Sequence record: NZ_CP084013.1 | Length of the DNA: 64,000 bases | Direction: 5' to 3' (one strand) | DNA from: a plasmid | Shown: positions 47,638 through 56,326 of the stretch, piece by piece | Layout of the letters: the number at the start of each line of letters is the position of its first letter | Position numbering within the stretch: position 1 is the stretch's first letter | The notes under the pieces: model-generated | What the model was told of the DNA's origin: nothing | What the model saw: only the letters and a program-made list of their open reading frames with translations | Database searches by the model: none | Made by a program: the position numbers and the translations under genes

Positions 47638-47801
47638 CGCGTCACGAAGTGGGTAATCATCAGTGTTCCTGAGGTTGCGAATCCGATTGATGCGATGACC
47701 ATTGCGAGCCCTGTGACTCTCCACATGAAGCATGCGCAGAGGACGCATGTTATGGCGAGTATGATGTTGGCGTTTTTTTCGAAGTTCTTGTACGTGTTCA
47801 T
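47634..47801 (-). CDS. Small membrane protein (~55 aa); start probably the second ATG (MNTYKNFEKN...)
   Basis: ILAITCVLCACFMW...GLAMVIASIGFATSGTLMI. Directly downstream of motif copy 5. Confidence 0.4.
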   Translation of the reverse strand: MNTYKNFEKNANIILAITCVLCACFMWRVTGLAMVIASIGFATSGTLMITHFVTR

Positions 47802-47817
47802 TGTGGTTTCTTTCATT

Positions 47818-47842
47818 CTATGTGGACATATTCAGTATAACA
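47818..47842 (-). promoter_or_regulatory. Copy 5 of conserved motif (gene-strand TGTTATACTGAATATGTCCACATAGAATGA) upstream of small membrane-protein operon
   Basis: Seen directly in the sequence. Confidence 0.5.
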
Positions 47843-47913
47843 TATAAATGAAAAAATTATGCAAGGTTTGAAATAAAAAATCCCCCGATGCCATACGGCG
47901 CCGGAGGATTATT

Positions 47914-47929
47914 TGTCCACATAGAATGA
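47914..47929 (+). promoter_or_regulatory. Partial inverted copy of the motif's downstream box only (TGTCCACATAGAATGA), ~70 bp from copy 5 in opposite orientation
   Basis: Shares 21/23 nt (ATTATTTGTCCACATAGAATGA vs GAATATGTCCACATAGAATGA) but lacks the TGTTATACT -10 part. Intervening 70 bp contains a GC-rich imperfect hairpin. Confidence 0.4.
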
Positions 47930-48130
47930 CGTTTCATAGAAACCAATGATCCTACGACAGCAAAAGCTGCAAGACCCAAAGTAGGTGAACTACTGGACAT
48001 GCTCACACAAGATGCTATGGCGCGGAAAAATCACTCGCCGTCCATAATTTTTTAGGCAGGGTACCACGACCCTTGTGGTCGTGGGTGAATGCCTTTCCTT
48101 TCCACTAACATTATGATATAATGTTTTTTA

Positions 48131-49342
48131 TTGGAGGTGAAGCATATGGTGGAACTCGCATTGACCATGAAAGTCAAGCTCACGACCAACAAACACGAGT
48201 CTGAAGCCCTTAACCGCCTATGTGACAATTACACCTCCTGTTGCAACGAAGTATCCGATTGGATTGGAGAACACCACACCCTCAGCCAGAGGAAAATCAA
48301 CGAGGCTGTCTATCACCCGCTACGCGACAAATACGGACTGTTGGCCCAGATGACCCAATCTTCGATACGGCGGGTCATCGCGTCCTACAAGGCAATTCAC
48401 TCGCGCATGGAACGCCGGAACGGAGAAAACCCCAAGAGAAAGAGGACGGCATACTATTCCACCAGACCAAAGTACTCGTCCGCCGGTGTTGACCTGCTGT
48501 GGAACCGCGACTACTCCTATTCGCCCATGACGGGAATGTTCAGCCTTCCCGTCATGGGCGGGAGAATCAAAGTGAAAGCCCAATGGAAGGGAACCCCGGA
48601 CGAATACCGTACGGCACGTTTCGGTACCGCCCGACTGATATCGAAACGAGGCAAATGGTACCTGCATATTCCCATCATCCTACAGGTTCCCGACCCAACC
48701 CCAAGCCCCAAAAACATAGTGGGCGTGGACTTGGGCATCCGAATGCTCGCCACCAGTTATGACGGCGAAACCACCGTCTTCCAACATGGAGGGGAGGTGA
48801 AAAGCAAGCGCGGCAAATACAAGCGGCTCCGTCAACAGTTGCAGAAACGCGGCACCCGAAGCGCTCGCAGACGACTCAAGACCATAGGCGACAGAGAAAA
48901 CCGTTGGATGACTGATGTGAACCATCAGGCGTCTAAGGCACTCGTCAACCATTACGACAGGGATACGATGTTCGTTCTCGAAGACCTTACGGGAATCCGC
49001 AATGCGACCGAACAGGTCAGGGTCAAGGACAGGTATGTTCAGGTCAGTTGGAGTTTCCACCAATTCCGGCAGATGGTCGAATACAAGGCGAAACGCAACG
49101 GTCAGAAAGTCGTGTTCGTTGACCCGGCCTACACAAGCCAGACCTGCCCGAAATGCGGGAAAATCCGCAAAGCCAACCGTGACAAGAAACGCCACCTGTA
49201 TGTCTGCCGCAACTGCGGATACCGGTCCAACGACGACCGGATAGCCGCGATGAACCTGCGACACAAAGGCTACGACCTTTTGAGCTCGCAGTACGCCGCC
49301 AGCATGACTGACGGCGTAAGGGTGCAGTCAACCACCCTATGA
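48131..49342 (+). CDS. tnpB: Stand-alone TnpB (IS1341/IS605 OrfB-type RNA-guided nuclease homolog); no tnpA adjacent
   Basis: 403 aa. RuvC-like core. C-terminal CPKCG...CRNCG zinc finger + DDRIAAMNL. AT-rich upstream region. Confidence 0.85.
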   Translation: MEVKHMVELALTMKVKLTTNKHESEALNRLCDNYTSCCNEVSDWIGEHHTLSQRKINEAVYHPLRDKYGLLAQMTQSSIRRVIASYKAIHSRMERRNGENPKRKRTAYYSTRPKYSSAGVDLLWNRDYSYSPMTGMFSLPVMGGRIKVKAQWKGTPDEYRTARFGTARLISKRGKWYLHIPIILQVPDPTPSPKNIVGVDLGIRMLATSYDGETTVFQHGGEVKSKRGKYKRLRQQLQKRGTRSARRRLKTIGDRENRWMTDVNHQASKALVNHYDRDTMFVLEDLTGIRNATEQVRVKDRYVQVSWSFHQFRQMVEYKAKRNGQKVVFVDPAYTSQTCPKCGKIRKANRDKKRHLYVCRNCGYRSNDDRIAAMNLRHKGYDLLSSQYAASMTDGVRVQSTTL

Positions 49343-49507
49343 TGTTCCGTCAATTAAAGGTAGGAGAACGGTTACAGCCGTTCACTGGCACTACCGGACA
49401 GGGACAAGCCGCAATGCTCGTCATTGCGGTCGTTGACATACAATTCCTCGTCCGCGATCTCCTCGCTTCCCTCGAACACGATCGCGCCTTCATCGTCACG
49501 ATGCTCG

Positions 49508-49801
49508 TCAAACCACGCTTTGGCCTCCTTTCCTGCTGGTCTTAGTAGGAGGGGTTTCTTTGAGCCACATCTCGAGGAGTTCTGGTGAGTTGATTTCGGC
49601 AGACAGCTTTTCGACGTATGCCTTGTCGCGCTTGTACTGGCAGTTGGGGCACCGTTGGCAGCGTTCCATCCAGCTTTTCTGGCAGGCGCTGATGTCCTCG
49701 TAGACGCGCTTGTGCCCGCAAATGAAGGTGACTTCGCGGGTGGCGAGGATGTCGTGGTCGAGGTCGTTGGTTTCGTGTTGTTCTTCGATGGTGAGTGCCA
49801 T
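49508..49801 (-). CDS. Small Cys-rich protein (97 aa; CxxxH...CxxxxxxxC..CxxC), possible zinc-ribbon/HNH-like
   Basis: ..FICGHKRVYEDISACQKSWMERCQRCPNCQYKRDK.. Immediately downstream of motif copy 7 with RBS AGAGGAAACC. Confidence 0.45.
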   Translation of the reverse strand: MALTIEEQHETNDLDHDILATREVTFICGHKRVYEDISACQKSWMERCQRCPNCQYKRDKAYVEKLSAEINSPELLEMWLKETPPTKTSRKGGQSVV

Positions 49802-49820
49802 TGGTTTCCTCTTTCATTAT

Positions 49821-49847
49821 CTTTATGTGGACATACTCAGTATAACA
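49821..49847 (-). promoter_or_regulatory. Copy 7 (6th full copy) of conserved motif (gene-strand CTGTTATACTGAGTATGTCCACATAAAGA)
   Basis: Seen directly. One substitution in the spacer (GAGTATG vs GAATATG). Confidence 0.5.
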
Positions 49848-49939
49848 GATATCTTGGTGGTGAGATAACGAAGAAACAGGAGAAAACCAGAAAACAATAG
49901 ATAACGTGGAACCAGAAAAACACGACAGCCCCTTCCAAC

Positions 49940-49949
49940 GAAAAAAAAA
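49940..49949 (+). repeat. A10 homopolymer 5 nt upstream of the ATG of the 49955 leader-family gene
   Basis: cgAAAAAAAAAAcaacATG seen directly. Confidence 0.5.
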
Positions 49950-49954
49950 ACAAC

Positions 49955-50548
49955 ATGCCAGCCAACAAATCAATCCAAGCCCGCCAACAGCTGCGAGACC
50001 CCAACACCGGACGATTCCGAGACGAGCACCGTCAATCCGGTATGCCAACCGACGAATCCATACGAAAATACGAACAGCAACCCCGGCCGCCATTGCCTCC
50101 CCCCACCGAAGTACCCCTACCCCCAGCGAAAGCAAGACAAGCGAGCTCCAGAACCATTCCGGTGGACGGAAGACCAGGCTCCACGCTCACCGTGCAAGAC
50201 GTGCCGGACCAGACACACGGCATGAAACGTCACACGCAATTCCAATCCCCCACCACCTCCATCAGATTGGAAACGCCGATATCGAAAAATATCAACCTCC
50301 CGAAGATGGAAAAGGTCGCCGACGATCTGGAGACATGGCGAACCCGTTCCAATGAGAAACGTGGCGAATACGATGCGCCGATCGCGCGGATGGAGGCATC
50401 CGGAACCGGATTGAACCGGCTGACGGTACGCCCGGTATTCGGGACGCCTCCCCGTAGACCTTGGCAGCCATGGAAATGGAAAGCATGGCAAAAAGCGAGG
50501 GAGCGAGAGTCCCTGGCCTCGAATGGATTCGACTACATACACAATTAG
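49955..50548 (+). CDS. Protein with conserved N-terminal leader (family member 3; 197 aa)
   Basis: MPANKSIQARQQLRDPNTGRFRDEHRQSGMPTDESIRKYEQQ... A10 run immediately upstream of the ATG. Confidence 0.55.
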   Translation: MPANKSIQARQQLRDPNTGRFRDEHRQSGMPTDESIRKYEQQPRPPLPPPTEVPLPPAKARQASSRTIPVDGRPGSTLTVQDVPDQTHGMKRHTQFQSPTTSIRLETPISKNINLPKMEKVADDLETWRTRSNEKRGEYDAPIARMEASGTGLNRLTVRPVFGTPPRRPWQPWKWKAWQKARERESLASNGFDYIHN

Positions 50549-50563
50549 CAGAAAAGAGCAGAA

Positions 50564-51040
50564 ATGGTAGATACGGTCAGATCAGCGCAGGCGAGACGCC
50601 AACTGAGGGAACCCGAGAGCGGCCGGTTCAAGGACGAACACAAAAAAGCCGGGTTCCCGAATGCTGACGCCTTGGAAAAATATGAGCGGCAAACATCCGT
50701 CGTGTCTCCGCCCGCATCCTATTACGACGGGACCATGAGCGAAGAGAATCGTGAACTGTGGGCCGAAGGGATGGACGCACTCCAAGACAACTCCCCCTAT
50801 GTAGGTTTTTCCGGAGGATTCGACGAACAGGATGACGCATCAATCGACGGATGGCGCATACACCGAAGGAACACTCCGACAGGAAACACAGTGTACGAGT
50901 TTCGAGACGCGAAAAGCTCAACCCCAAACCGAGTGGCGTACCTGATCAAGCAATCGGATATTGACGCCGGTCATTCCCCCACATGGTTGGATGAACGGCA
51001 GCGGTCATTCTTCACCGTTCTGACAAACGGCAAAAGGTAA
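50564..51040 (+). CDS. Protein with conserved N-terminal leader (family member 4; 158 aa)
   Basis: MVDTVRSAQARRQLREPESGRFKDEHKKAGFPNADALEKYERQ... Confidence 0.55.
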   Translation: MVDTVRSAQARRQLREPESGRFKDEHKKAGFPNADALEKYERQTSVVSPPASYYDGTMSEENRELWAEGMDALQDNSPYVGFSGGFDEQDDASIDGWRIHRRNTPTGNTVYEFRDAKSSTPNRVAYLIKQSDIDAGHSPTWLDERQRSFFTVLTNGKR

Positions 51041-51107
51041 GAGCTGCGGCAGACAGCTCGAAAACGTAAATAGACAACCTCCCTACACAAAATAGCAAGG
51101 AGAAACA

Positions 51108-51953
51108 ATGGTCGACTCCAGAAAATCAGCACAGGCAAAACAGCAACGTCGAAACCGTGACGGCACTTATGCGGATGAAGGCAAAACTAGTAGCATGCCG
51201 AGCGGGGACATCCTTGAACGTTTCGAACAACGTCAGCAAACCAATACTGGTGATGCGCCGGTTGAAACCTATGAGGCAGGCGTGAAGCGTATGCAGGAGC
51301 TGGATCAGAGGCTTATCGACATTGCCAACAAGGAGTATGAGGAACGTAAGTTCGGCCCGGACGATGAAGCGTATCGCGTGGAGTCGGGCATGTATGTCAG
51401 CAAGGAGGAGTTCGAGAAGCTGCCGGAATTGGATCGCAACCGGTATATCGCATGGGGCAACGACTGCATGGATGACAACGAGGATGCGTGGAACGATCCT
51501 CAAAGAATGGAAGAGCTTGCCCGAGAGTCAGCGGAGGATGATGATGCCGAAGTGTATTTGACCGAACCGGAGCTGACTTACACGGATGACATGGATTATT
51601 CCTTCGGAGAGTATCTGGAATCCAAGGGTTGCAACCCACAGTCGGCGGAGGAAGGCGCCAACATGGCGCTCCAAGGCCATCCCAATCTGGAAGTGACCGG
51701 CAACACGTATCCGCAGGTGTGGCCAACCGACACTGGCAACAACCATCGACGTGCGAAACTCTTCTACCTAGGTGGCAGCAAAGGATGGCGAGTCACCTTC
51801 TCGGACGGTCGCGGCGACGTGAACAAAACCGTCATCGACTATAAGAAAAGCGACATGGGCAGCGACTACTACGATCAGACCAACACCGCACGAGAAGCGT
51901 TCAAGACCGCATTCGACTGGGTGGACGGCGGAAACAAAAAGAAGAAGCACTGA
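51108..51953 (+). CDS. Acidic protein with conserved N-terminal leader (family member 5; 281 aa)
   Basis: MVDSRKSAQAKQQRRNRDGTYADEGKTSSMPSGDILERFEQRQQ... then strongly D/E-rich body. Confidence 0.55.
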   Translation: MVDSRKSAQAKQQRRNRDGTYADEGKTSSMPSGDILERFEQRQQTNTGDAPVETYEAGVKRMQELDQRLIDIANKEYEERKFGPDDEAYRVESGMYVSKEEFEKLPELDRNRYIAWGNDCMDDNEDAWNDPQRMEELARESAEDDDAEVYLTEPELTYTDDMDYSFGEYLESKGCNPQSAEEGANMALQGHPNLEVTGNTYPQVWPTDTGNNHRRAKLFYLGGSKGWRVTFSDGRGDVNKTVIDYKKSDMGSDYYDQTNTAREAFKTAFDWVDGGNKKKKH

Positions 51954-52028
51954 CATTCATGGGTTCTTGACCCGTATTTCTTCCGAAAGAAGTCCACGCC
52001 AAGAACCCGGTCTGCCTTTGCCAATATC

Positions 52029-52394
52029 TTGGGGAATATGCCTGATATTTCCTTGAACTGCACGAGACTCGATTCGAACGTAATCGAAATCGAGTTTGAT
52101 GATGGTCTGCTGCATTACCGTTTGAATCTGTCTTCGAATGCTGCACATACGCTGCTTACGCTTATCGACAGCGTGCTTAAGGAACCATCCGCGAACAAAC
52201 TAGAGAGAATAGAAGACCTGCGATTCGATGTTTGGGACGATGGAGGAAATCGTTATGGCATCAGGGTATCAAACCACGGTGCAAGCATAACCGGCCGTGT
52301 ATCGGCAATCGAATTGGATACATTCGCGGACAAGCTGGAACAATTCGAATTCGGCGTACAGACGGGAGTCGGCCTCAGCAAGCCAGAAGAATAG
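52029..52394 (+). CDS. Hypothetical protein (121 aa) in lower-GC DNA
   Basis: Clean ORF. Composition differs from flanking high-GC genes. Confidence 0.4.
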   Translation: MGNMPDISLNCTRLDSNVIEIEFDDGLLHYRLNLSSNAAHTLLTLIDSVLKEPSANKLERIEDLRFDVWDDGGNRYGIRVSNHGASITGRVSAIELDTFADKLEQFEFGVQTGVGLSKPEE

Positions 52395-52456
52395 AACAAT
52401 GTGGCCAGTCTTCCTTGATCCCCCGTACAAGACAGATAGGCCACATTGCAATGCAA

Positions 52457-52900
52457 TCAGTCCTGATTTTTTTGAAGCCAATCGACTAGATCGGCAGCGG
52501 TCAGATCAGACAGCCTTCTATTGGTTCTCAATTGTCGCGCAACTTCATAGTCGTGAAGAAAATCGCTGATTTCGGACGTGGTCCAATCCTTGTTTCTCAA
52601 ATGTCGTTTCAATCGTTCCAAAGGCCAGTAAATGCGATGAGCCTCCAACATCAGCTCTTCAGCGTCTCTTCTATCTGTATCCCATTCAAAGACGAGAAGA
52701 TTGATTGCCTTCTGCCTGTCAATACCTAATTCAGCGAATACACGAGCAATATGCTTCCTTTCCTGTTTCCGTTCGAAAGCTAACGCCTGATTGACTTCCT
52801 CATTGACATTGTCTATTGCATTATCCTGGGCCGCATCTAATGCGACTGAACCTATTTGACTAATGGTGTCTACGATTAGATTTTTGTCTACCACTGTCAC
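52457..52900 (-). CDS. Hypothetical protein (147 aa) translationally coupled (GTGA overlap) to the 3' end of the MmeI-family RM gene
   Basis: GTG start overlapping the RM enzyme stop. Lower GC. No recognisable motif. Confidence 0.45.
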   Translation of the reverse strand: MTVVDKNLIVDTISQIGSVALDAAQDNAIDNVNEEVNQALAFERKQERKHIARVFAELGIDRQKAINLLVFEWDTDRRDAEELMLEAHRIYWPLERLKRHLRNKDWTTSEISDFLHDYEVARQLRTNRRLSDLTAADLVDWLQKNQD

Positions 52901-55686
52901 ACCTCACTGCTACCTGTCATACGAGTGTATGACTTAAACAACACTTGCAGGCGCGTATCGTCATCGTCCTTCAGCCATTTCCCCGCGCCGAACGCCACGT
53001 CCGCGATCTTGTCCAGCTCCAGGTGGGCGGCGCGTAGGTCGGTCGGCATGTAGTCGGGGTCGTACAGGTCTGCCAAAGACTGGCCGGGATGGTTCGCTCG
53101 CGCCGCCAGCACGTTCCTGCCGGCCTCGATCAATGCGGCGCGGGTGTCGTCGTCGAGGGCGGGCAGAGGCAGGTTGTTCCAAACCACCGTGTTGCTGAAA
53201 CGGTAGTCTGATTTCAGTCGTCCGCCGACCGCCGCCTGCCAGACAATGAACATACGCGATTCGATGACCGCGAACGCCAGTCCGTCCGGATCGGGGCTGG
53301 TATAGCAAAGGTCGCTCACGATTACATTGGGTTCCAACGACAGGCAGGTGGCGTACTCACGACGGCCGCTGAATACTTTGGGAAGGCAGAGAAAGCGACC
53401 GGTAGGCTGGTGGTTCTCGTCGAACAGCCATGAGGTCGTGGCCTTCGCACGGGTAGGGGCCTTCTTCGAGGCGAGTCTCATCTCCCTGACGGCATCCACG
53501 CGTCGACGAAGGAATGCGGAGTTCCTGATTTCGGCGGGCTCCACATCGACAAGCCACAGGCACCAGCGTTCGATCCCGTTGATGAGTTCGCGCGACCCTC
53601 GGAACGGCCTCACGTATTTTGCCGCGATTGGGTCGGATATCGCTTGGTCGTGCTCCTCCCGATTGTCGAGGATGAGGTTGCCGCCGTCCGTGGGCTGGGA
53701 TCCGCGTCCGGCCGGAGACAGTTCCGAACTGAGCGGTTTCATTCTTTTCTCCACGAACACGTTCGGATCGTCGAGCAGGTATCCGTTGATGTTGTCCACG
53801 GTGCGGGCGGCTGGTTCCCCGTCAATGTCCGTGTATTCGAACAGGATCGGCGCCGGTTCCGACGTTTTGTCCATGCCGACGATGACGACATGCACGTGCG
53901 CGTTGTCGGTGGACTGGGCGTCCCAGGCGAACGTGCGGTGCGCGAACCGGATGCGCCATCCCTCGTCGAACAGGGGTCGGAACAGGCTGGGCACGGGCTG
54001 GCCCTGACTGATGCTGTTCGTGGACACGAACGCGAACGCCGCCCCCGGTTTGGCCAGGTATTCACTGGCCTTGCGATGCCAGCCTGTCGCGTAGTCGAGA
54101 TACCCGTCATAGCCTTTGTCCCATATAAGCCTCATGTCCTCTTTTTGACTGTCGCTCATGAGGTATTGTCCGATGAACGGCGGGTTGCCCATCACATAGT
54201 CGCAGTGGTCGCCGGGTAATAGTTCGTTCCAGTCGAGGCGCAGCGCGTTGCCTTGCCGGATGTGTGCCGTATCGGTGAACGGGAGTCGGGGCAGGCCGCT
54301 GATGGTCGACTCGGTGTCGTCCAACGCCTGCTGTTCCGCGATCCAGAGCGCGGTTCTTGCTACGGCGCATGCGAATCCGTTGATTTCGATGCCATGGAAG
54401 TGGCTGATGCTGACTTTGACCGGGTTGATGTCGTCGCCGAGGTCGAGGGCGAGTTGTCCGTCCTTGTCCAAATCGGCGAGGATCCGATTCTCGATGCGGC
54501 GCAATTCCAGATACGTTTCGGTCAGGAAGTTGCCGGAACCGCAGGCGGGGTCGAGGAACCGGAGGCCGGCGATTTTGTCATGCAACTTGTTGAGCGCGTT
54601 GGTGCGGGAACCGCCTGCGACCGGCCTGGCCTCCGCCCCCTCGAGTTCGGCTTTCAAACCGTCGAGGAACAACGGGTCGATGAGCCTGTGGATGTTCTTG
54701 ACGGACGTGTAGTGCATGCCGCCTTTGCGTCGTTCGTCATGGCTGAGGGTTTCCTCCATGAGGGAACCGAAGATGACGGGGCTGATGCCGCTCCAGTCGA
54801 AGCCTTCGCTGATTTCCAGCAGAGCGTCACGCAGTTCCTCGGTTAAAGGTGGTACGTCGATTTGGTCGGCGAACAGGCCACCGTCCACGTAGGGGAACGC
54901 TTTCAACGGTTCCGGCAGGTAACGACGCCGCTTCTCGATTGGTGTGTCCAACGCTTCGAACAGGTCGTACAGGTCTTCGCCCAGACGTTCGGGCGTGGAT
55001 GCCGCCACATAGTCGCGGAGCGCGTCCGGTTTGAACAGGTTCGCGTCCTCCGCATACAGACAGAACACGAGGCGCACGGTCAGCATCGCCAGCGCGTCAT
55101 GTTCAGACGGGTCATCGGGATGTTCGAAGCATTTCGCCAGGGAATCATGCAGTCTGGCGACTCGTTGGCCTGCTTTGACGGACAGTTTCTCCTGTTGGAC
55201 GACACGGGAGTTCTCGTGCGCGAACAGACGGCCAATCTCGTTGATATGCTCCGGCAGTTCCGCAAGCGTGAACTCCGATTGCGGCGTACGGGCCAAAGGG
55301 TCGGCTTCCAGATCGTAGAGGCGGAACAATCCGAAATTGCAGGTGATGAGCACGGACGGGTGTTCCGATGGCGGCAGGCTGTCGGAATACCGTTTCGCCT
55401 GTTCCACCGGGGTGACCATGGTTCCCTGACGTGGTTCCGGCTTGTCCAAATCCACGCCGAGGCTCTTCTGCTCGACGAGCACACGGGCTTGGATCATCAG
55501 CGCGTCGATGAACCCGTCCAATGCGGTGCGCCGTTCGAACCAGAGCGTCTGCCTGTCGCTCGTGTTCGGGATGAGCAGCACCTTGTCCAACAGGTCACGC
55601 CAGTACTGTTGGGTCTCGGATTTCTCGTCGCCTCGTCCCGCCCATGATTCGGCGAACCTGGCCGCCCTGCTCTTCAGATCATCCAT
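52897..55686 (-). CDS. MmeI-family Type IIL (IIG) single-chain restriction-modification enzyme (N-terminal endonuclease + gamma-class N6-adenine MTase + TRD)
   Basis: Colinear motif-by-motif match to MmeI: LITCNFGLFRLYDL, VRLVFCLYAED, AFPYVDGGLF, WSGISPVIFGSL, GMHYTSVKNIHRLIDPLFLD, FLDPACGSGNFL (motif I), GNPPFIG (motif IV), FAHRTFAW, PTDGGNL, RWCLWL, LYDPDYMPTDLRAAH. Start taken at MDDLKSRAARF (track ORF extends 97 codons further upstream through Arg-rich junk). Confidence 0.9.
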   Translation of the reverse strand: MDDLKSRAARFAESWAGRGDEKSETQQYWRDLLDKVLLIPNTSDRQTLWFERRTALDGFIDALMIQARVLVEQKSLGVDLDKPEPRQGTMVTPVEQAKRYSDSLPPSEHPSVLITCNFGLFRLYDLEADPLARTPQSEFTLAELPEHINEIGRLFAHENSRVVQQEKLSVKAGQRVARLHDSLAKCFEHPDDPSEHDALAMLTVRLVFCLYAEDANLFKPDALRDYVAASTPERLGEDLYDLFEALDTPIEKRRRYLPEPLKAFPYVDGGLFADQIDVPPLTEELRDALLEISEGFDWSGISPVIFGSLMEETLSHDERRKGGMHYTSVKNIHRLIDPLFLDGLKAELEGAEARPVAGGSRTNALNKLHDKIAGLRFLDPACGSGNFLTETYLELRRIENRILADLDKDGQLALDLGDDINPVKVSISHFHGIEINGFACAVARTALWIAEQQALDDTESTISGLPRLPFTDTAHIRQGNALRLDWNELLPGDHCDYVMGNPPFIGQYLMSDSQKEDMRLIWDKGYDGYLDYATGWHRKASEYLAKPGAAFAFVSTNSISQGQPVPSLFRPLFDEGWRIRFAHRTFAWDAQSTDNAHVHVVIVGMDKTSEPAPILFEYTDIDGEPAARTVDNINGYLLDDPNVFVEKRMKPLSSELSPAGRGSQPTDGGNLILDNREEHDQAISDPIAAKYVRPFRGSRELINGIERWCLWLVDVEPAEIRNSAFLRRRVDAVREMRLASKKAPTRAKATTSWLFDENHQPTGRFLCLPKVFSGRREYATCLSLEPNVIVSDLCYTSPDPDGLAFAVIESRMFIVWQAAVGGRLKSDYRFSNTVVWNNLPLPALDDDTRAALIEAGRNVLAARANHPGQSLADLYDPDYMPTDLRAAHLELDKIADVAFGAGKWLKDDDDTRLQVLFKSYTRMTGSSEV

Positions 55687-55711
55687 GATTCCCAATGGTA
55701 TCCGGTTTCCC

Positions 55712-56302
55712 TCATGCCGGTCGGATATCGACCACATCATGCGGCGTGATCGTCCATAGGCAGGCCTGGATCCACCGGTCCGGCAGCCGTTTCGGATCCG
55801 CGATCGCGTTCGCCCTGTACTGGAGCCGTTTCTTTTCGGCCAGATCGTCCCAATGCTCGTCCAGCCACCGGTCGTACTCCTCAGGCGGCCATGTGCCGGC
55901 ATCCAGCGGGGCGCACGGACACCGGTTGATGACGCAATGGTATTGGTCGAAATCCGTGCAAAGCACCCGGTTCTCATCGACCCGCAGATGCAGGAGCTCC
56001 AACCCGTCGTACTGGTTGCGGAAGCCCGGATACCGTCGGTCGGGACGCGTATGCGCCCTGCCTTTCGAATCGACCCAGCGCGCCCACGCCCACAAGGGGG
56101 CCGCGTCCGGGTCCGGACGCGGCATGCCCTTGTGCTCCATTTCGCCCATCATCCACTCATAGGCGGGGCTGATGCCGTCCCACCAGTCCGAATCCCCGTC
56201 CTCGGCAATGGATTTCGCGCGCGCGGCGCTCCATGATGGAGTGTACGAACCGGAACGGTCGAACGCGGCCCTGACATCCGGCCACCGCTGGAACGAATAC
56301 AA
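55712..56302 (-). CDS. Hypothetical Trp-rich protein (196 aa) immediately upstream of the RM gene in the same operon
   Basis: Clean ORF, 26-nt gap to RM start. No recognisable motif. Confidence 0.45.
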   Translation of the reverse strand: MYSFQRWPDVRAAFDRSGSYTPSWSAARAKSIAEDGDSDWWDGISPAYEWMMGEMEHKGMPRPDPDAAPLWAWARWVDSKGRAHTRPDRRYPGFRNQYDGLELLHLRVDENRVLCTDFDQYHCVINRCPCAPLDAGTWPPEEYDRWLDEHWDDLAEKKRLQYRANAIADPKRLPDRWIQACLWTITPHDVVDIRPA

Positions 56303-56326
56303 ATCGATCAGAAAAACCTCCTTTAG

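Noticed and set aside
47634-47816. Annotated start MKETTMNTYK at 47816 for the small membrane protein
   Set aside because: That ATG sits 2-3 nt after the conserved motif with no RBS. The second ATG (MNTYK, ~47801) has the same motif-to-RBS-to-ATG spacing as the other copies, so the shorter start is preferred.
18940-49860. A conserved -35 hexamer upstream of the 26-nt motif copies
   Set aside because: Sequences 17 bp upstream of the TATACT box are not conserved between copies (TTGTCT seen in two copies only), so only the extended -10 and downstream box are claimed.
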